Source: Spongospora subterranea f. sp. subterranea
Lineage: Eukaryota
Assembly (NCBI GenBank): GCA_049724395.1
Contig: JAUGWO010000062.1
Location: forward strand, 62,001 to 126,000
Reading direction: 5' to 3'
DNA: 64,000 nucleotides
This document shows, piece by piece, positions 12,391-23,059 of the stretch; positions within the stretch are counted from its first letter, which is position 1; each line of letters begins with the position of its first letter. A program made the position numbers and the translations under genes. Under the pieces are notes generated by a model that had not been told where the DNA came from, ran no database searches, and was given only the letters and a program-made list of their open reading frames with translations.

Positions 12391-14557
12391 GTATTGTGAT
12401 TTCATGGTAGTTCGTTACCGTATTGTGTTCTCATGGTAGTTCGTTACCGTATTGTGATCTCATGGTAGTTCGTTACCGTATTGTGTTCTCATGGTAGTTC
12501 GTTACCGTATTGTGATCTCATGGTAGTTCGTTACCGTATTGTGTTCTCATGGTAGTTCGTTACCGTATTGTGTTCTCATGGTAGTTCGTTACCGTATTGT
12601 GTTCTCATGGTAGTTCGTTACCGTATTGTGTTCTCATGGTAGTTCGTTACCGTATTGTGTTCTCATGGTAGTTCGTTACCGTATTGTGATCTCATGGTAG
12701 TTCGTTACCGTATTGTGTTCTCATGGTAGTTCGTTACCGTATTGTGTTCTCATGGTAGTTCGTTACCGTATTGTGTTCTCATGGTAGTTCGTTACCGTAT
12801 TGTGTTCTCATGGTGGTAGTTCGTAACCGTATTGTGTTCTCATGGTAGTTCGTTACCGTATTGTGTTCTCATGGTAGTTCGTTACCGTATTGTGATCTCA
12901 TGGTAGTTCGTTACCGTATTGTGTTCTCATGATAGTTCGTTACCGTATTGTGATCTCATGGTAGTTCGTTACCGTATTGTGTTCTCATGGTAGTTCGTTA
13001 CCGTATTGTGTTCTCATGGTAGTTCGTTACCGTATTGTGATCTCATGGTAGTTCGTTACCGTATTGTGTTCTCATGGTAGTTCGTTACCGTATTGTGATC
13101 TCATGGTAGTTCGTTACCGTATTGTGTTCTCATGGTAGTTCGTTACCGTATTGTGTTCTCATGGTAGTTCGTTACCGTATTGTGTTCTCATGGTAGTTCG
13201 TTACCGTATTGTGTTCTCATGGTAGTTCGTTACCGTATTGTGTTCTCATGGTAGTTCGTTACCGTATTGTGTTCTCATGGTAGTTCGTTACCGTATTGTG
13301 ATCTCATGGTAGTTCGTTACCGTATTGTGTTCTCATGGTAGTTCGTTACCGTATTGTGATCTCATGGTAGTTCGTTACCGTATTGTGTTCTCATGGTAGT
13401 TCGTTACCGTATTGTGTTCTCATGGTAGTTCGTTACCGTATTGTGTTCTCATGGTAGTTCGTTACCGTATTGTGATCTCATGGTAGTTCGTTACCGTATT
13501 GTGTTCTCATGGTAGTTCGTTACCGTATTGTGTTCTCATGGTAGTTCGTTACCGTATTGTGTTCTCATGGTAGTTCGTTACCGTATTGTGTTCTCATGGT
13601 AGTTCGTTACCGTATTGTGTTCTCATGGTAGTTCGTTACCGTATTGTGTTCTCATGGTAGTTCGTTACCGTATTGTGTTCTCATGGTAGTTCGTTACCGT
13701 ATTGTGTTCTCATGGTAGTTCGTTACCGTATTGTGTTTCATGGTAGTTCGTTACCGTATTGTGTTCTCATGGTAGTTCGTTACCGTATTGTGTTCTCATG
13801 GTAGTTCGTTACCGTATTGTGTTCTCATGGTAGTTCGTTACCGTATTGTGATCTCATGGTAGTTCGTTACCGTATTGTGTTCTCATGGTAGTTCGAGTTA
13901 CCGTATTGTGTTCTCATGGTAGTTCGTTACCGTATTGTGTTCTCATGGTAGTTCGTTACCGTATTGTGTTCTCATGGTAGTTCGTTACCGTATTGTGTTC
14001 TCATGGTAGTTCGTTACCGTATTGTGATCTCATGGTAGTTCGTTACCGTATTGTGTTCTCATGGTAGTTCGTTACCGTATTGTGTTCTCATGGTAGTTCG
14101 TTACCGTATTGTGTTCTCATGGTAGTTCGTTACCGTATTGTGTTCTCATGGTAGTTCGTAACCGTATTGTGTTCTCATGGTAGTTCGTTACCGTATTGTG
14201 TTCTCATGGTAGTTCGTTACCGTATTGTGTTCTCATGGTAGTTCGTTACCGTATTGTGTTCTCATGGTAGTTCGTTACCGTATTGTGTTCTCATGGTAGT
14301 TCGTTACCGTATTGTGTTCTCATGGTAGTTCGTTACCGTATTGTGTTCTCATGGTAGTTCGTTACCGTATTGTGTTCTCATGGTAGTTCGTTACCGTATT
14401 GTGTTCTCATGGTAGTTCGTTACCGTATTGTGTTCTCATGGTAGTTCGTTACCGTATTGTGTTCTCATGGTAGTTCGTTACCGTATTGTGTTCTCATGGT
14501 AGTTCGTTACCGTATTGTGTTCTCATGGTAGTTCGTTATCGCATTGTGATCTCATGG
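12391..14557 (+). repeat. Tandem satellite array, 29-bp unit GTATTGTG(T/A)TCTCATGGTAGTTCGTTACC, about 74 copies
   Basis: Head-to-tail, near-identical units with no spacers; three small indels near 12812, 13738 and 13895. Confidence 0.98.
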
Positions 14558-15841
14558 GTGTCAATTCCGATATTGACAAAGAAAAGCGTCAAGTTATCTT
14601 GGCAGACCTTCTGATCTCGTGCAAACACAGTCGACTTCCGAAAGGAACTATCAGTCGTATTGCGCAGAAGTTCTCTGTGTCCACCAAGTCTGTCTCCAGG
14701 ATTGGTCAGCCGCAAAGAAACAGATTGCAAATGGTGAAGTTACCGATGTGAGTTCGAAAAGAAAGGGTAGATGTGGACGAAAAAAACAAGATCGAGAATC
14801 AATTCAGGAGAAGGTTAAAAAAGTTCCTTTAAGGCAGAGATCCACCCTAAGAAGCATTTCAAGTGCCACTAGAATCCCCTTGGGAACCCTCTTCAATGCT
14901 TTGAAAGAAGGAAGTATTAAGCGGGTCAACAACTGTGTGAAACCCACATTAACCGAGAATAACAAAAGGGAACGAGTTCGATTCGCTCTTTCCATGATCG
15001 ATCCAGGATCCCTGTCGAATGACTTTCAGGGGATGTTTGACACGGTCCACGTTGACGAAAAGTGGTTTTATGTAACGAAGGTCAGAAAAAAGTTTTACCT
15101 TGCTCCAGAAGAAGATGTGCCATATCGACACGTCAAAAGTAAACGCTTCATTACAAAAGTGATGTTTTTGGCCGCCGTTGCAAGGCCTCGATATGACCCC
15201 CACCGGAAAGGAATCTTCGATGGGAGGATTGGAATATGGCCAATTGTCAAGACGGAACCAGCCCAGCGCAGCTCCAGAAATCGTCAAAGAGGTGCCATGG
15301 TGACCAAGCCGATTGAAGTGAATGGTGAGGTTTATCGCGATCTAATTTTACAATGCGTGATACCGGCAATCAAAAACAAATGGCCTGTCGGAAGCAAGCA
15401 AATGCAGATCACAATTCAACATGATAACGCCAGGCCCCATGCGTCAATCAACGAAACTGTTGTCGCCCAAACTGGTTCATCCGATGGGCGGAATTTATCA
15501 CTGGTCTCTCAGCCACCTAATAGTCCTGACTTCAACGTTTTAGATTTGGGCTACTTTTTAATTCGATTCAGTCTCTGCAATACCAACACGCTCCAAAGGA
15601 TATCAATGAGTTTATTACAGCGGTTGAGTTAAGTTTTGCCGAATTGTCAGCGGAGAAGCTTGATGATGTCTTCCTATCGTTACAGAAAGTGATGGAAGGA
15701 GCGATGCTTGTTCGGGGATCGAATTCGTTCAAGCTACCACATCTGCAAAAAGCACACCTACGAGCGCAAGGTAAACTTCTTTCGGTTATTTCGTGCAGTC
15801 AAGAGGCTATTGACATTGGTAAGGACGAGATCGACGCATAA
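14554..15841 (+). pseudogene. Mariner DD39D transposase with two apparent frameshifts (about 14702 and about 15555)
   Basis: Motifs VHVDEKWF, KVMFLAAVARPR, QHDNARPH and QPPNSPDFNVLDLG; 39 residues between the 2nd and 3rd Asp. Both frameshifts fall in T runs, so they may be sequencing errors. Confidence 0.9.
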
Positions 15842-18749
15842 TTCAAAAATTAAAAGAGCAAAGTTTTCCGGAATTTAATAAAGTGGACTACTAATCTGGA
15901 ACAAAAAAATGTGCGTAATCGGACAACTAATTCTGAACGGAGGGAGTATTAATTATTCTCTAATCAAGTTTTTGAATGGCACTGCCTGGTCAGACTGGAA
16001 GATCAAATCGCAGTCATCGAGTTCAGACTGGCCACACGCTTTCAACACCCTTTTTTTCATACTTTGCTTGTCAGGTCATGTCACCAATCCGTGATTGCGC
16101 CGCAAATATTCAACTCTTTTTGAAACTTGAAGTCCATTTGATTCGCTGTTTGTTTATATTTTTTGTGTGCCACGATACCCCTTAACACAAATTGTTCAGC
16201 TCAACGCAGTGAATGGTGTTTGCTCCATCCACGTTCAATGTATCTCAAATCTAACGAAGTATATATTCCATAGGTAGTCGTCAGTTTTCATCTACTGCCT
16301 CCGTCATCCTTTAAATTGCAGATAAGGTCACCAATCAGTTTTGGTTGAATTTGACGATTTTGTCTTAATGGGATCGAAATGCTGCTCAATTTCGATTTGT
16401 GTCACGAATTCCAAACAAAATTCTTCTGTCGGATGTTTGTTTAGAGCAATGAATCTTTTTCTTCGGACAGAGGTAGGTACTCTCGTTTTCGTTATCGATA
16501 TCTGTTGATGAGCATTTAAATATAGTACACGTTGGTTTTTGATTTCAACTATAAAGTTTCCTGTTTGGTATGCTAATGTTTAGCGTTTTCAACGATGGGG
16601 TTAATTGCGGTGTCAAATTCATCACCTTCCATTTTCTTTCTTATGTTGACCACTCGCTTGATAGATGAAGCCGGCCTCCCAGCGCAAGCAACACGGGCCT
16701 GTTTCCAATTCAGCGCACCGGGACCGAAATCACGCTTCTGATTGCCCCCCGAGAATGCTTTGAATATGGTGCAGCATCTCTGGCTCCTTGCTCCAGCGAA
16801 ATCTACAACAACTCTGAGACGGATCGGAAAGAATCAGGCATCCTAAAACTCGAGCAAGGTAAAGTCACCAGTTCAAACCGCAGACACTGTAGATCGGCAT
16901 TTAGAAATCTTCTACGTATGCCTCCAAGCTGCCGCCTTGGATGGAAAAATATGGGTTGTGCTCAGGGATTCGCATACTAAAACCAGGGCCGATGGTGCTC
17001 AATTTCGATCTGTGTCACATTGGACGTTGTTCGCCAGAGCATACCACCGATGCTGATTTTGCTGGTCTCTCAGTGGGAGATGCTGTGTATGGTGATGACG
17101 ATCGATATACGTAATGTGTTTTGATCACGCTATGGTTGGAATTCAAATCATTTTTTTTGTCGAATGTTTATCTAGAACAATTAATTTCTCTTCTGACAAA
17201 GGGTATTCTCTATTATAGTTACCATCGCCTTGCTGAGCATTTGACTATCGGAACGGTGGTGTTGTTTTCACCTCCAAATCTTATTGGTTGGTCAGCTCAT
17301 ATGTTCAATGTTTTCTCAACCATTGGTCATTGCACTGTCAAGTTTGTCATGCTCCATTTTTATTCTTATGGTCTCAAATCCCTTGGTACAGCTGGATCCG
17401 ATGTCAGGCATTCATGAGGCCACTTTTTAAAACGCCAGCAGCATGTGTTGTTTCAAAGCCACCACACCTGGACCAAATCACATTTCTGGATTGCCCCTAT
17501 ACTGGTCTCAACAAATCTGGTCTATTTTATTATATTCATTTCTTTACCGAGAATGTGTTTCCTCTGAGCTGGTGTCAGTTAACCTGACATCAAGGAACTC
17601 AATGGGTACATGCTGCAACGGTGCGGCGGTTTTGTTGGCCTGGCAAGCCCGCAGGACAGCGCCATATTTTTCCATCCACTCCGGCAGCTTTCCCGCCCTA
17701 CTCGACGATTTCTAAACCCCCAATTAAACAGTGTCTGCAGTTTTGAAAGTGTTTCTTAACCTTGCTCGTGTTTCCGGATGTTTGATTGTTACCGTTCCGC
17801 CTTTTCCTTGCAGGACTTGGAGGCCAGTGGTACCTCATTACATGGTCGGTGTCACCGTCCGGCGACATCGACCCATATATCAAATGAGAAATATTTACAC
17901 CCGGAAATTTTTTATGGGTCCCCTGTAGTATCTGTAAGATGGTTGGCCGTTGCAGGACAACCCTGCTATCAAGCAAGGTGCCTGGAATTGAATAAAAATG
18001 TCAAATGACTGAAATAAAACCGAAAGCTATATTCAACGTACATGGACCGGTCCTGGGGTTGTCCAATTCCAGAAACATGTAATGACCGCAGTGGCCAATA
18101 ACCTCTCCGGATTGCAAGAAATAAATTCCTATCAGGCCATACGAAAGACCTGACTCTGTTTCGAATCTTGAAGAGAATTCAACTGGTGTCACCTATAAAG
18201 TGGGAACAATCAAAACCCATACATTTCAGAGCAGCCCTAATTTTATCCCCTTCCATTTGAACCCATTGAAAAAAAACAAACAGAACATTCTGAACCTTAC
18301 GCGATTGAATTCAGCAGGTATATCATAAACTAGCAGACAGTGCGCCAATTCCTTAATTTTGTGAATTATTTTCACAAGTGATGGACTTCCCCGGTTCCCA
18401 GACAAGCAAGAGCCCAACTGGCATTGAGCTCTAATGCCTTGCTCACATGCACCCTGCAGGCAGCCTCCATCTCTGGCGATAACCCAGTTTGGGGGGATTA
18501 TGATCTCATTACAGCTTCCATCGAGTTCCAAAGTCAGCTGCTCAACGGGGGTGAGCGTTGTCACAGGTTGTGCCTGTTCCCATCGAATTCCTGTTTAAAG
18601 ATCAATTGGTGAATATTCAAGGCATACAGCGCTCAACGAAAATCATACCAGTTTGCAGAGCCGTCTCGCAATGGTCAACGCAGACCGCGCCCAGCATTGC
18701 AATTGACGTGAAAACACTGCAATCTTCGAAAACGGATTTGCACACCACA

Positions 18750-20179
18750 GGTATGGTATGGTATACAAAGGATCGCGGGTTCTTATGGGTTGAGTAATCC
18801 TGTGTACTACCAGGCTTTCCCTACTTCCGCCTGGCCGCTACAAGTAGCTTGGGTATCCAATGACGGAACCTTTTAGACCAGCTGGATTCATCAACATAAC
18901 CTGTCCTAACGACCACACCGAATGGGACCTGCCCCCACCCGATTATATTGCCTATCCAGAGTTTCGAGGTCACTGCAAGCAGCTTCCTCTCCCACATTCA
19001 TTATGGCCATGTGGTCAGACCCAATAAAGACTACCATCATTATTAGATAAAGCAGCCTGCGTTTTCGGCTTTGCGCAAGATTTTTGTCATTGCCTTTTCA
19101 TGGCTCCAAATTGCAGTGTTGAACGAAGTTACCGGGAGCGTCTCGTAGATCCGCCTGCTTTTCTTGAGTCGTCTTTTAAATACTTCGCATTGTAATACTT
19201 GATGTTCAATTGTTTCAGGATGTTTGTTACAGTGCCTGCACTTGTTCGTATCTTCCATTCCAATGTTGCTGAGGTGTTGTCTGCATCTGCTATGTCCAGT
19301 TCGTGCTCTGTTAATTAGCATGTGTGGCGTTGATTCATCTGGTAGTTTGCGAAACAGGTCTCTATCTGGGTAGTTTGGGAAGTGGCTGCATTTAATGTTC
19401 GCTTTCAGGTACTGTTTTAATTGACCTCTTTCGTATTTCTTAAGTTGTAGTTTGAAGGATGACAGAAATGGTCCATGCTCTATTTTGCTCCCAATATTCG
19501 CCGCATTCTTTGCTAGTTGATCAATTTCATTGCTTCGTCCTATTGCTTTTGAGCTATCATTTCCAGATGTGTCACTTTTTTGGTCGACATGACTTGGAAT
19601 GTAGTGAATATGAATCTGATTGCGCCGGATTAATTTCGCTAGCATTCGAGCAGAGTCTGCCACAACAGCATGTACTCTTCGAGGTTTGATAGGTAATGAG
19701 TGGAATTGACTTACCCATGATAACGAGTCTGTCAGTATGTGAATCGTTCTCTTTTTGAACTTTTTATCTACGGCCAGTTCTAGACCAGCATGTAATGCAA
19801 TTATCTCGGCTTCGTAACTCGAGGTGATTGTGCGACCCAGTTTGATTTGCGACTTCTCCTCAGTGTAATTTGCCGTTTCACCATTGGTGTTCTTGTATCG
19901 AATGAGGGCAGCAGCTCCCCCTTTTTTCCCGTTAGTATAACTGCCATCAGTCCATATTTCTACATCCGGGTTACGAGGAAGAAGTTCGTTTCTTTTGTGC
20001 TTAGCAATTGCCTCCGTTCGAGTGGATTTGTGGTAATTTACTGTATAAAGAGCTTCGAGAATGTTTGCTGCAATATTTACCTTCGCATGAATGGTTTTGT
20101 ATCCTTTCGGGACTCTTTCTCTGAGAGCTTTCCAGTGCAGAATTATAGGTACGATACAAATCGGTGTATTTGAGTTCAA
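18750..20179 (-). mobile_element. 5'-truncated non-LTR retrotransposon (LINE): 3' part of ORF2, 3' UTR and (ATACC)3 tail
   Basis: The ORF has no ATG start and ends at 19043; GGTAT x3 at 18750-18764 on the + strand is a candidate tail. No TSD found. Confidence 0.75.
19043..20179 (-). CDS. LINE ORF2 C-terminus: RNase H domain plus CCHC zinc knuckle
   Basis: IWTDGS, SSYEAEIIAL, ILTDSLS, HYIPSH, NEIDQLAK, followed by RARTGH...CRHCNKHPETIEHQVLQC. Confidence 0.88.
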   Translation of the reverse strand: MNSNTPICIVPIILHWKALRERVPKGYKTIHAKVNIAANILEALYTVNYHKSTRTEAIAKHKRNELLPRNPDVEIWTDGSYTNGKKGGAAALIRYKNTNGETANYTEEKSQIKLGRTITSSYEAEIIALHAGLELAVDKKFKKRTIHILTDSLSWVSQFHSLPIKPRRVHAVVADSARMLAKLIRRNQIHIHYIPSHVDQKSDTSGNDSSKAIGRSNEIDQLAKNAANIGSKIEHGPFLSSFKLQLKKYERGQLKQYLKANIKCSHFPNYPDRDLFRKLPDESTPHMLINRARTGHSRCRQHLSNIGMEDTNKCRHCNKHPETIEHQVLQCEVFKRRLKKSRRIYETLPVTSFNTAIWSHEKAMTKILRKAENAGCFI

Positions 20180-20182
20180 AGA

Positions 20183-21075
20183 TCACGTTTTATATGAGTG
20201 CCATGGGAATCGCAAGTCAGGTGCGACCAACCCCTGTTCCGCTGATTGCTTTGACAGGTCAGGTTGATGTTTAATAAGATGTGCCAGACCCCAATATTTC
20301 AGCACAGCAACGTTGCCCCCTTTACGTGTACACGAACTTGAGAACCGTCTGGGCGCCCAATTCACTGTCATTCGTGAAGTTACTGTCCGCCAAGAAATCC
20401 AGGAAGTCTCGGCTCGTCCCAATTTGATGGGGGTACCAATTTTTCTCAGATATCGCGTCAAGGAGTTATCCAATGCCATGAATCAGCAACAGTTTCGTGA
20501 AGAAGCAGCATATATCTGTAGCCGCCTTTTCCAGGACCTGACTGGCACCAGCAAAATCATCATTTATATGATGTCCGTTGCTGCAATCGACATATTTGGC
20601 ACATCGTTCCGCAAACTGCATCCTGACTTTTTTAATATTCCATGGTCAATTAGACTTTGAAGAAAAGACATTGTTGATGTCCAGGTTGCTGCCCACTGAC
20701 ATGGCTTCGATACATATTCACTTTGGTCAGGTGGCCATCCTGCCGTTGTGTTGTAGCTACCAGCGCATTCGGGGCGGGAGTTGATTGTCCAGAAGTTCGA
20801 GCTGTTGTTCATATAACTGGAGCATACGACATCATTTCTTTCGCACAAGAAAGTGGACGGGCAGGGAGAGATGGTCGTCCCGCCACGTCGCTAACTATCT
20901 CGAACGAGATGATGCGCACTTCAATGCTTCATCTTATCGGTAATGCAATTAAAAATAAATTTCTAACCGCTGAATGTGGCACAGGAAACGGCCCTGATTC
21001 AGATTTACAGATAATGTGCAATTGGATTGCCAACGCTAACAAGTGCCGGCGTCAGTTCATGCATTCATATCTCTG
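20183..21075 (+). pseudogene. RecQ-family helicase fragment (motifs III-VI and start of the RQC Zn-binding region), intron-containing and broken
   Basis: PVPLIALT|ATLPP, KIIIY, FHGQLDFEEK, VVATSAFGAGVDCPEVRAVVH, QESGRAGRDG, CRRQFMHSYL. Confidence 0.85.
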
Positions 21076-21180
21076 GGCGTCTTGATCCAGGTATGAATGC
21101 ATGAACTGACGCCGGCACTTGTTAGAGTTGGCAATCCAATTGCACATTATCTGTAAATCTGAATCAGGGCCGTTTCCTGT
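20981..21180. repeat. Fold-back inverted repeat, 89-bp arms (20981-21069 / 21092-21180), 22-nt loop
   Basis: Arms are reverse complements with one mismatch. Confidence 0.95.
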
Positions 21181-21189
21181 ATAAATAAT

Positions 21190-22742
21190 GGGCGGCTATA
21201 ATTCACTGGCCGCACTAACTGGCCGCAGTTTCTTGGCCAGTTAGTGTGGCCAGTGTTTTCTGTAGGCCGCTGGTAGGGTGTGAATTAACCGGCCGCATTC
21301 ACTGGCCTGATTGATCAAAACAGGCCAGCGATTGCGGCCAGTTAATTCACATTCTAACTAGGGTGTGACAGAATTCACTGGCCGCACTAGCTGGCCAAAA
21401 CCTGCAAAATTGTTTAGAAACGGGCCAAAAATTTGAAATTTCAAAGTCATAGTGTGTCTTTCTACAGAGCTGATTCAGTTTCTCACATAATGCAGCGACG
21501 AACACCGTTAATTCACACAACAGGCCGGCCACATCTCAATGCTGCTGCTATGTGGAAGGCAGCTTCGAAAGCTGTCGTCTTTCCCATTACGTTTTCTAAT
21601 TACAAAGGGAAAACTATCACAACTTCTTCATTTTTTTCTTGAAATTGTTCAAGCGGGGCACATGCTATCAAGCGGCTGTCAGAAATGCATTCTTCTCATT
21701 GTATTAAATCTTAACATAGAACACATAATAAGAGAGACCACGGCTTTCGAATTTGCCTTCCACATAACAGGCTCTGCCGTCGTTCTCCAGGTCGTTGTAA
21801 TAATACCGACCAGGAATTTTGACGGTTTCTTGACGCAAGATGTGTGCATAAAAATGTGAACATGTGTCCAATTTGGATGAGATGCGAGCAAAAAGACACC
21901 AGTGGAACCCGTTGGCAGTAACTGGTTCATTACACATCAAGCTGTCAGATGCACACTCTACTGGCAGCTCGATCAACATGATATTCTCTGGCATTGATAC
22001 AATCTCGCCAACATCTTTCGTAAGAACCTGGGAACCAAATGAATACACAACAACGGAACATGCTTTCAGCCTCTACCATATCATAGGCTGGGTCCGAGCA
22101 AAGTCGGTTGGTCATTTCCAATCGCTGTTGGAACAGCGGATAAGGCGAACAAACTTTGTAATGCAGAGTTATGGCAACATTGTTGGTTTTGGGATGAAGT
22201 AATTTCTTAGATTTTGTGCAGCGAAACTGCCAATGGCATCGCTGCATCAAATTCGCTTTTTCCGACATCCGTTCGAACCTGTAACTGCATTCACCGCTGA
22301 TAGCCAGTGGAACGCCATCTTTGTGCAGCTGGTGTTCACTACTGTTAACAGGTGAATATGCGAAGTCCTGTTCTTCGAAATCACACGCTTGCCAATCCAT
22401 TCGCTTCACCATGACGAGAACTGAAATGCGGACATCACGAGATATTCCCTTCGCCAGATTTTAGTTCGCGCAAAATGTGATATTCCACGTGACGCAGTTT
22501 CTAGCCAGTATGTGCGGCCAGCTTTTGCAGGTTTTGGCCAGCTAGTGCGGCCAGTGAATTCTGTTACACCCTAGTTAGGGTGTGAATTAACTGGCCGCAA
22601 TCGCTGGCCTACTTTGATCAATCAGGCCAGTGAATGCGGCCGGTTAATTCACACCCTACCAGCGGCCTACAGAAAACACTGGCCACACTAACTGGCCAAG
22701 AAACTGCGGCCAGTTAGTGCGGCCAGTGTTTTCTGTAGGCCC
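21190..22742. mobile_element. Non-autonomous long-TIR DNA element (MULE/foldback-like), TIRs about 220 bp
   Basis: 21190-21409 is nearly the reverse complement of 22523-22742; termini GGGC...GCCC; TIRs are built from repeated CTGGCC(GCA) motifs. Flanks ATAAATAAT / ATAAAATAC resemble an imperfect 9-bp TSD. Confidence 0.85.
21704..22412 (-). pseudogene. Frameshifted cargo ORF with USP-like (C19 peptidase fold) C-terminal motifs
   Basis: IVSMPENIMLIEL...WCLFARISS...SHFYAHI...YYYNDL...SYYVFYVKI follows the USP His-box layout; no Cys box seen. Confidence 0.45.
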
Positions 22743-23059
22743 ATAAAATACAGAACCTTCAATTCTCCGATCGCCCGTACATCGAGGTACACGTGTATAT
22801 TTATTACGAACTCAAGGTCAATCCTTCGAAGTCATGAAATAGACGTCACGACCTCAAAATCGAATCATATATCTAGTGATCAAATACACTATTGATTATT
22901 TGCTTGATTGCTTGCGTACCTGCGTTTCCTCCTCGCATCGCTCTTTCTCGTCGCCCGTCGAGTTCTCTACAATGACAGATTTTCAGCTTTTCTCGTCAAC
23001 ATGGCAAAGATGCTGTTAGGAACCACCTACGAAATGGGCAACTTATTAGCTCCGAGCGA

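Larger units (their letters stand above)
12310..15946 (+). mobile_element. Full-length Tc1/mariner element of the DD39D group with Stowaway-like TIRs and TA target-site duplication
   Basis: Left end TA|CTCCCTCTGTTCAGAATTAGTATCCGATTTGCGCAC; right end GTGCGTAATCGGACAACTAATTCTGAACGGAGGGAG|TA (about 35-bp TIRs); encloses a transposase. Confidence 0.95.

Noticed and set aside
12391..14557. CRISPR array (29-bp repeat length)
   Set aside because: Units are directly adjacent with no unique spacers, there are no cas genes, and the context is eukaryotic.
12391..14557. Telomeric repeat or coding repeat
   Set aside because: The array is internal, bounded by mariner TIRs and not G-rich; the unit is not a multiple of 3 and gives recurring stops on the + strand.
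19043..20179. Host RNase H1 gene
   Set aside because: No ATG, no introns, and it is followed by the RTGH...CCHC knuckle typical of LINE ORF2.
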